Source of the DNA: the human T2T-CHM13v2.0 reference genome, Homo sapiens
DNA length: 64,000 bases
Direction: 5' to 3' (one strand)
NCBI RefSeq assembly: GCF_009914755.1
Contig: NC_060944.1
Under the pieces are notes generated by a model. It was not told where the DNA came from, did not search any database, and worked only from the letters and a program-made list of their open reading frames with translations. This document shows positions 55,188 through 64,000 of this stretch, piece after piece. The position numbers were made by a program, and so were the translations under genes. Each line of letters starts with the position of its first letter. Within the stretch, counting starts at the first letter, position 1.

Positions 55188-57601
55188 GGGGAGGGGGTTA
55201 AGGTTTAGAGGGAAAATTGTGAATTCCCCCCTGCTATAACCAACAATATCCTCAGTGTTTATAACCTAGCACTGCAGTTTCCCGGCCTTGCAGTGTGATG
55301 GCAGTACTAGAAGCCTGGACCCAGGAGGAGCACACGTTCTGCTACTCATGAATAAGTCACTGCAGGAGCCCCCTGGCTGAAGCTCAGTCCCAAGCCAGCA
55401 CTGAATGGACTGAATGGCCTCTGTCTGGAAGTTTTCAGCAATGTGCACTATGATTTGGGATAGAAGAGTTTTGTTCATTTAACCAACAACCAGTGTGTGC
55501 CTGTTCTATGAGATGCACCATGCAAGGATGTCAGGACCTTTACAATTATGAACAACATTTGACTCAAGGGGTGGATACCATGTGGTGTGAGGGCCACCCG
55601 AATGGTGCACTGCCGTCTCAGTGTAGCAGAGTGGTCCTCCCTAGGATCACTGAACTGAAAAAAAAAGTTTCCCCAACCAGGAGGTTCTGATCCCATGCTC
55701 ATTCTGCAGTTAGCAACTTCATGGGATATAATGAATGGATTCAAGTATGGGAGGAGATACAGAAGAACATCATTTGCTTTTTATAACACAGGTAATCCCT
55801 GTAAACCAGCACCCCTCTAGAGAGTCATGGGGCCTAATGGCTTTCTATGCTTAAGGATTCAGGGCTTGCCTCTCCGCCTTTATAAGCTGATGTGGGTTTA
55901 TGCAAAAATAATAGTTTGAAATTAAATCCTCTAATAGTTTTCCTTCATAAAACTCCATTGACTCTAGGAAAATTAAAAAAAAAAAAACCTCATAAGCATA
56001 GGCCTGAAACATTCTAGAAAGTGTGTGGAGCTCAGATGTGAAGGGCACTGTGATATTACACAAACCTCCTCAAAGTTTCTGTTTTTTCTGAATGGCCTTG
56101 GGGTGTTCTTCTAAAGAGCAGCTGAGTGTGAGCAAGTTCAGTCTGGCTACAGAGTCACCCTGCCATCCAGGGCAAGTGGACAGAGGCTCTGACTACTCAG
56201 AGACGGGACTGAGAAGGTCATGCAATGTTTTCATGGGGACATTTCAATTTGGTTATTCTCAGGTCTTGATATCTTGATGCTTTGAAACACAATTAAGCAT
56301 TACAATTTTTAAATTATCAAATCTTAAGCACAGAAGATGACCTTTGGCCCATTCCCGAGAAGCCGTGGGAAGACCCCCTATGAAATCTATAGATGTGGAG
56401 TCAGTGAAAGGATAGATTGAGCACCGTATGTGTGGACATTTCCCCCAGAGTCTAGCTATATCCTCCTGATGGTGTTTCCACGACTGTTAGAAAACCAATA
56501 AAAAGAGCATTAAAACACCATCATTTTATAATAAATCATTATAAATCATGCCTTCATAAAGCAGCTGATATCCAAAATTTTGTTGAAATTTTTCCCCCAC
56601 TTGCACCATTGTAGAACATTGTAGCTTGGGAGAGACGGTGGCTCCATGGAGTGATTCCCACAGAAAGAGGCTGGTCACGAGAAGAGCAGTTGCCCAAGTG
56701 TGTGTGAGTGGCCTCGTCCCTGAACCATACCAGGTCAGAGTTACATCTGGGAGCATTGCAACAATTTTTTGCCCTTTTAGGGCTAGCTGACTTGAAAACG
56801 ACCCTGTTGGCCCAGCCTGGTGGTAATCCGTCAAGCTCTGAACACACACCTGCTGAAAGAGATGTGAACTAAGTGGCATATGGTGTTGAGGGCAATGAAC
56901 CCCAACAGTCAAGAGAGACTGAACAGGACAGAGAGCAAGTGTGAGTGCAGACACAAGACAGGTGAAGTGGCGCCCCAGCCCCTTAACTCCTCAAAGGCAA
57001 AGGGGCTGCCTCGCTGGCCCAGGACAGACAGAGGTAGGCAAAAGTGTTAAACACCTAAATAGACTTACAGTTACGTGACTGGATTCAAAGCCTAGCTCTG
57101 TATAGACTTCAGACTGGAGCAAGTCCCTGATGTGTTCATCTAAGAAATGGCCATTTCCACTTGCCCCATTCCTTTCCCAAGCAAGATCCGTGGGCAGGAG
57201 AGAGTGCCTGGAAAGACATTTTAAAGCATGGCACACATGTTAAGCTTGATCTTCAGAAAAACTGGATCTATTTTTGCTTGATTAATTGTCACCATAAGTG
57301 TTTCCTAAGATGTCTTCAATAACCAGGAAAAAGGCCTCAAGGGCCTTTTTCTCGTGAGTTTTCAAATGGATCCTCCTGCTGCCTGGCAAGTTTTCCTGCT
57401 GATGTCAATCTGTGATCTTCCTGTGGTGGAAAGACAAAAATTAAACAATGATTCAGCTCAACAGCCGCTCAAACATTTACTTGGTGTGGACTGTGTGCCA
57501 GGAAATATCTGGTTGCTAATATTCATTAGGCGGTTTTGGCCTGTGCTCATCCTGAGCCTGTTTACCTCTTCTATAAAATGGGGATAAAACAACTTATACC
57601 C

Positions 57602-57960
57602 TGTCGTGGTCCATTTGGCCTGCTATCACAATTTACCACCTTCTGAGCAGCTTGTAAACAACACAAATGTGTTACTCACAGTCCTGGAGTCTGGGAAGTC
57701 CAAGATCAAGGTGCCAGCAGATTTGGTATCAGATGAGAACCTGCTTCTTCACAGACAGGGTGCTCTCCCTGTAACCTTACATGGCAGAAAAGGAAAATAG
57801 CTTTCATGGTTTCTGTTAGAAGGATACAAATCCAATTCATGAACACTCCACCCCTGTGACTTCATCTTCCAAAGGCCACACCCCCTAATGCCATCACCTT
57901 GAGGGCCAGCGTTTCAACATATCAATTCTGGGGGTGGGTGCAAACGTTTAGTTCATAGAA
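57602..57960 (-). mobile_element. MaLR solo LTR (MSTD/MLT1A0-like)
   Basis: actcacagtcctggagtctgggaagtccaagatcaaggtgccagcagatttgg...aatccaattcatgaa...ccatcaccttgaggg...tttcaacatat. Confidence 0.8.
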
Positions 57961-58946
57961 CACCCTTTGCCTATTGTGAGAATCAGATGCAAATGGTCCT
58001 TGAAGATCTCAGCTAACCATAAAAGGCATGCTCATGGAAGGAATTGCTGGTCTTTTCCACAAAGGCAAGCTGAGTTCCAGAACTGTCCACAAAGCTGTGC
58101 AGGACATTGTGAGTATTTAACGTTTCCTTTCCTTTGCCTCAGATCCAAGATGACCACAAATTGTTCCAACAAGGCATATAAAATCTCTACTTAAGACGGG
58201 ACCAGCCAGGCCAGCCTCTCCTTCTGTTCCATCCACAGACCAGACCCAAGCAATTTTATCTTAAGTGCTGCCTAGTAATACATCAAAATCAAAGGCAGAT
58301 TTACAAACACTCTGAAGACACCGGTCAGGCACCCCATAAAGATAACTGTGAAATGGAGACTGTGTCTCTTTGTGATAGGTTCCAAGTCTCTGTGCTGCCC
58401 TCAAATGTTTTCTCCCCACGCATTTTTTCAATAAACCATTGAAGGAAACTGGACGTTCTTTGAAGTGAGAGGTGTCCTTAGAGTGGCTCTTGACAAGTCC
58501 TACTTCTGAGAACCCACGCAGGGTGTCTAAAGCCAGCATCCACTCTGGTCAGGACCATGTCTTGGCATTCGGGCATTTAGCCTTCCCAGCTGATTGCATT
58601 GATCAGATTTGCTTCAGGCTGGCTCCACAACAGACAAACACTTGTAGGAGGCAGAAGGTGGGAGCTGGTGGGGTTGGTTCCCTGCCCACGTCCCCAAGGC
58701 CCTCACCACTCTAGTCCCCACAATCGAGGACTCGCCCCTCCCCAAAAGAGCCTCCTCCCTGCCCATGGAGACAGGCTAGAAATGCCACGGAGCCAACACT
58801 TCCAGGAGCTACCCGTGGGCAATGACAGACAGGACTTGGTGGGTGAGTAGTCACACCGGCCTCCTCAGCCCAGGAGCAGGCACAGCTAACCCTGCAGTAT
58901 GTTGTACACTGTTTCCTAGAGCCCTCCCATGGGATTCAGCCCCAGT

Positions 58947-59013
58947 CGCCTGCAGCGGAAACCTGCTCACCAGCACCCCACGCACCTGCAGTGGAAGCCT
59001 GCTCACCTCCACC
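58947..59013. repeat. Imperfect 36-bp tandem duplication
   Basis: cgcctgcagcggaaacctgctcacc (58947) / cacctgcagtggaagcctgctcacc (58983). Confidence 0.75.
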
Positions 59014-60277
59014 GTGTATCGGCTTGACCCCTACCGTGTCTTCCTTCCCCACTTTCCTGACGACGCATCCTGGGCTCACCTTCGGAAAAATCACTTCCCT
59101 CAAATCCTTGTTTCAAGACAGCTTTGAAAGTTCTCTCAACAAGACAGAAACAAAGTTTTGGGGATAAGAAGTAACTGCTGAAGCTATTTTCTCTCCTACA
59201 ATGAATAATACAAAGTTATCTTGTTGTAGGGGCCTTCTAACCCTTAAATCACCATTGGTGACCTGGACCCAGAAGCCTCCGTAAGAATCCTCTTGTGGTG
59301 ACCACTCTTAGTTCCATCTGAAAACTGACTCAGAAAGTTCACCAAGGCTCACTGTTAATCCCAGAGTGTGGCCTCTGGGCATACAGAGGGCAGAATGAAA
59401 GCATGATGGCTCTGCCTGCAGTCTCTGTACTAAGGGGGAGTTTAAGGGTAAATTGAGAGAATGAGAAGGGCCAATGGAGTTGCTTTGCTCGTCAGAGGTG
59501 TGTCATCCTGTGCCACCTCTAATAAAGCTGTCATCATCACTGGCACAAAGAGATCTGAGCCCAGGACCAGGGACAAAGGCCACCTTGCTCATTCCAGGGT
59601 TCCCAGTGCTACACAGAGAAGATGCTCAAAGCAGTCTGTGTCAAGCACCCAGGAGAAAGCAAGGCCACAGCTGCAGCAGGACTGGTTCGGCTGGTCAAGA
59701 TAAAATGAGCCATTTTCAGATTCAGTTTGGTAAACTTACATACAGAAAGAAGGACTAAATAGCTAAAGGTGCTAGCTCCCAAGTCCTCATCCCACACACC
59801 AAACAGGACAACTTCAAAACAAAAGGGGCCCATGACTGCTACAGACATTGCTGGGCCAATCCCGTGCTGAGCTGAGCAGAAGAATCCGCACCTGGAGTGC
59901 ATGAGGCAGAAAGCCTCAAATTGCATCAGAACCCAGGAGGCGATGAGGAACCATCTCATGACAGCCTCTCAGGCAGATGAGGCAAGATAGATTCGAGGTC
60001 CTCACAGGACTTCCAAAACCTTGGTGTTCTGGGAGATCGCAAAGCGTTCTGCCAAGACTCAGAGTCAATCTGGTTCATGTCTTTGCCTGTGTGGCCTGTG
60101 TGGATACATGTGAGGTCACCAGGATGCCACAGTAGAATTATTCTCCTATAGTATAGTGAATTAGCAAATGAATTATGAGCAGAAATCAGAGCATTCTAAA
60201 TGTCATTCTTCTCCACTGTCATATTTGAGCACCTACTTATGCCAGATGTTATATTAAACTTTGGGGTGCATTGTATC

Positions 60278-60690
60278 TGTATTACCTAAGATTCTCCAGA
60301 AAAACAGAACCAACAGAGAGATTTATTATAAAAAATTATATAATGAGATTCATTATAAGAATAAATGTCTAATGTAATCCCAGAGGCAGAGAAGTCCCAT
60401 GATCTTCCATCTGTAAGCTGGAGACCTGGAGAAGCTGGTAGGAAAGCTGATGGTGTGGCTTAAAGACATAAGAGCTAGAAAACTGTTGGTGTAGAATCTG
60501 GTCCAGGCCTGAAAGCCTGAAAACCAGGAACTCTGAGGGCAGGAAAGGGCTGATGTTCCAGTTCAAGCGGTCAGGCAGAGCTAAAGCAAACTTCCTCCAC
60601 CTTTTTGTTCTAATCAGACTCTCCACAGATTGGATGATGCCCACCCACATTGGAAAGGGCCATCCTCTTGACAGAGAATGATACATTTGG
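60278..60690 (-). mobile_element. MLT2-type ERVL LTR
   Basis: attctccagaaaaacagaaccaacag...gagaagtcccatgatc...aagctggagacc...ctttttgttctaatcag...gattggatgatgcccacccacattg. Confidence 0.82.
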
Positions 60691-62874
60691 TCTTGATAGT
60701 CCTTCAAACCCAATCAATCAATCAATCAATCAACACAGAAACCACTAAAAGTGTTGTGTGAAGTTGCTTAGTCTGTCTGTATGAGAGTAAAATCTGATAG
60801 CAGTTAGCTCCTCCTCAAGGAGGATGACTGACCCCAGCAAGTCATCCCCTGGAATTATGGAACTAGGTGTTTTTGTGCAGCAGGATGTCACATGCAGATT
60901 TGGTTGCCAGTGGGAGTGCTGCCATCCTCCCTCCATGTGATTAGCAGAGAAGTGAGTCTGTGAAGCAGAAAAAAGGAAACAGAAACAGAGAGGGAGGGCC
61001 AAGAGATGGAGATATTGCTGCTTGGGCTCCCACAACTTTTCATCTGCTAGTTTCTGTCCTTTTCCAAGATTTGATAACATTCCTATCACAGAGATTCACT
61101 GCCCTGAGCCACCCCAGAGACTGTGGGTTAAGTTCCCTTCTATGTGTGGGGAGATGCTGTTTCAACTCAAGTTGTTTCTGTTTCATGCAGGCAAATTATT
61201 GTGTTAGTATACATGCCAATTTCATTCACTGAGGAACTAGTTCCATTAACAGGCCTCTTGCAAATATCTAGACTCATTGATTATTTGGCATACGCAACGT
61301 CCACAGCAGCCACACCTGCCACCTCCATTTTGACTCAAGAGATGCTTAAGTGGTGGTGGCTCAAATTGCCACCCTTCAGAAAATTCTGTGTTGCCCAAGT
61401 CCTTGGGGATTCATATTCAATATGAAAAGCAAGAGGGAAACCTATCTCCATGTAGAGTGAGAGAGAACCCATTCCTCAGGGTCATCAGATTCTATTTGAA
61501 GATCTTGCCAGAAACTTGGTTTATATAAACATGAGTCTTGTGATCAAAGTCAAGTTTTCCCGTTAAACTTACTAAATGTCACATCACAATAATAACAGGC
61601 ACTGTTTAACTCCAAACTGAGATGCTTTGAGAAATTATTTCAATGGCTCTTTTGAATGCTTTTATTTCCCCAACAGGCCAATAAACCCCAAACCCTCTGT
61701 TATTTCCTTTCCACCCACTCTGTGTTTACAACATTTATTTTCTGGCTATTGCATGCTACACATGCAATCCTAAACTTAGACATAATTGCATGATTTCCCT
61801 GATATCCCTGTCTTTTGACAGATGATTACAAATGTCTTTAGTAAATGGTCACCATGAAAATACTGACATGGAGTACATCACTTTTCTTGCACACCTGGGG
61901 TGTTTACAGTGGAATGAATGTTGTGTCGGTTATCATTCCTAAATCTTTCATTGCAATTGAGAGTCAGCTGTTAATCATTTAATTTTGTTTTCCCAGTTTG
62001 CTGTGTCTTGTCATCTCCTATTCTTCCCAGGAGAGCTCCAATTTTTTTAAATGCCTTGAACATTTTGTTCCTGCATATAAGAATTAATGTGCATTCCAGT
62101 TGGACGTTTTCAAATTTGTAACAGGAGTAAGCCACGTGACCTGCGGCAGCACCATCTCCATCTTCTCCACGTGCCCCAGCCTTTCCTGTCCACACTCAGC
62201 CCATTGCCTTCTCTATGGCTTCTGTTTGCATTGCTGCCATTATTCCATCTTGAACTTCCAAAATCCTTGGACATCTGCCTCTCTTATTGGTCACTCACAT
62301 AATATTATCAAGGAAAGTGAAAAACACATAGGTAAAGGCTAACAAGTAAATAAGTAAATTAATGCAACAAGTTTTGCTCACTCAGCATGGTGCATTTTAG
62401 GCACTCAATAAAGGCAGGTTAAATCCATGATTAAAAGCCAAAAATTCAAATGAACTTGAGTGTCTGTAAAATTTATTATCCCATATATGCTAGCTGTCTC
62501 ATCTTCTGTAAGAGTTTTTTTATGTATTCTGCATATGTGTTCTTAAAATAATGTGGTAGTGGTGCAAAGATAGGCAAGAACAATGAGAAGGATTAGGGGG
62601 TCTAGAAGCAGACCCACCTGATTTAGGCACAGAAACCGCTGAAAGGCAGTGAGAAAATTGTGGTCTTTTCAATAAAGCACTGGGTCCACTGGGCTTCCAT
62701 GTGGGATAAAATGGACTTGACCCCTACTCCGTATGCAAAAATTATTAGCAGATAAATAGTGAATGAAAATGTGAAAAGTAAAATAGTAAAGCTTTTAGAA
62801 GAAGACAGAATATTATTATGACAGTATACAAAAGGCAGCAACCTCAAAACAACATCAACAACACAAAAAAATAC

Positions 62875-63126
62875 CAGACTGAATATCCCTATCCAAAATG
62901 CTTGGAAACAGAAGTATTTCAGACTTCGAATTTGGCATGTAGGGGTGTGATATTTGAATATTTGCATTATATACTGTACTTATGGTTGTGCATCCCTAAT
63001 CCAAAAATTTAAAATCTGAAATGCTCCAATGAGCATTTCCTTTGAGCATAATGTAAATGCTCAAAAGTTGCAGATTTTATAGCATTTCAGGTTTTGGTTT
63101 TTATAATTAGGTATACCCAATTAGTA
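62875..63126. mobile_element. Tigger4a/MER46-type DNA transposon inside an old L1M fragment (~62530-63230)
   Basis: gaatatccctatccaaaatgcttggaaacagaagt...catccctaatccaaaaat...tgaaatgctccaatgagcatttcctttgagcat. Confidence 0.78.
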
Positions 63127-63299
63127 TTGAGAAAATAAATTATCTTAAAAATTAGAATGCCTTTTTAAAATATATCATTAAGATAGTGAAAACACAATAT
63201 ATAGACTTAGATAAGAAATTTGCAATACATTTATCATGTATGATTTCAAAGCTAGCTCAAAACTTCTTTGGAATAAAATGGAGCAAAACAAAGAATAAC

Positions 63300-63560
63300 T
63301 GGCATTGATTGAGCACTTACTGTGTATTTCTGGCTATTGCATCCACCATTATCTAATTTAATCCTCATGAAAATCCTCAATGGCAGTTGTTACTAAATCC
63401 ATATTTCACAAGATGCAGGGTCAGTGGTAATGGTGCAGGGAGTTGTACTTAGACAGATTAAGTAACTTACCCAAGCCCACAAAGATAACAAATGGCAGTC
63501 AGAAGCCAAACTCTATCCCACAGCTCCTGTATAATTTCAGGCCTAGCTCTTAACCAGTGC
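63300..63560 (-). mobile_element. MIR
   Basis: ttgagcacttactgtgt...atttaatcctcatgaaaatcct...ttaagtaacttacccaag. Confidence 0.7.
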
Positions 63561-63709
63561 ATTCAGCCAACCATCTTTTCTCCCATCTTTCCATCTGTGT
63601 ATCTTTCCTTCCATTCATCCTCCTATCCATCTGTCCATTATTCCTTTCTTCCTTTTTTCCTCTCATTCATCCATTGTGATACAAGGCCTTAAATTTACGT
63701 CCACTATCA

Positions 63710-63940
63710 TGTGCTACCTTGACACCTGGTGGAATTGGGAGGACCTCAAATGGCCTAATTCCAGGTTTCCCTCCCTACTCTGTTTCCATGATAAGGCCCC
63801 CTAGCCAAATAACACTACTTCTAAAGGGGGCCAGATGCAGTTCCTGCTTATCCCTGAGTAACAGGTTTTAGTTCTTTGCCAACCCACAGAAATATTTAAA
63901 TAAGGCAATCACATCTTCCCACAGGAACCAGAGGACACCT
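63710..63940 (+). mobile_element. LTR fragment (MER77/MER21-group-like; family uncertain)
   Basis: gcagttcctgcttatccctgagtaacaggttt...aatcacatcttcccacaggaacca. Confidence 0.45.
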
Positions 63941-63956
63941 ACTCTCTCTCTCTCTC

Positions 63957-64000
63957 TTTTTTTTTTTTTTTTTTTTTGATACAGAGTCTCACTCTGTTGC
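63957..64000 (-). mobile_element. Alu 3' tail, cut by window edge
   Basis: T-run followed by gatacagagtctcactctgttgc. Confidence 0.85.

Noticed and set aside
56526-56954. Two overlapping minus-strand ORFs (142 and 97 aa), one with LPPGW (WW/MBD-like) and YNGAS (hAT-like) words
   Set aside because: Only isolated short motifs; the rest of neither domain is present and no protein family is recognisable.
57327-57351. 10-bp perfect inverted repeat gaaaaaggcc-N5-ggcctttttc resembling an intrinsic terminator
   Set aside because: Eukaryotic context, and a short low-complexity stem is expected by chance in 64 kb.

Overview
Primate (very probably human/hominoid) CpG-depleted, repeat-rich intergenic or intronic DNA: Alu, L1PA/L1PB, THE1/MLT/MER LTRs, and MER DNA transposons. 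No intact host protein-coding gene, RNA gene or CpG island is recognisable. Most ORFs in the track are chance ORFs or retroelement fragments. The main hidden feature is an old, heavily decayed, intronless KIF15 (kinesin-12) retrocopy on the minus strand at ~17605-23910. It is recognisable from the kinesin P-loop and switch region to the C-terminus, but is cut up by an MLT1A LTR, an AluJ and a MER31-type provirus, and truncated at its 3' end by a THE1 element. The window also holds two full-length, dead L1s. One is an L1PB-type copy (+, 24166-30702) inserted inside an Alu that itself sits in an older L1M. The other is an L1PA3/4-type copy (-, 45072-51201) with an open antisense ORF0 and the ~129-bp ZNF93-target segment. 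I see no evidence for a new functional multi-gene system. Protein and repeat comparisons are from memory of reference sequences, so subfamily names and most old-repeat boundaries (about +/-20-50 bp) need alignment to confirm.
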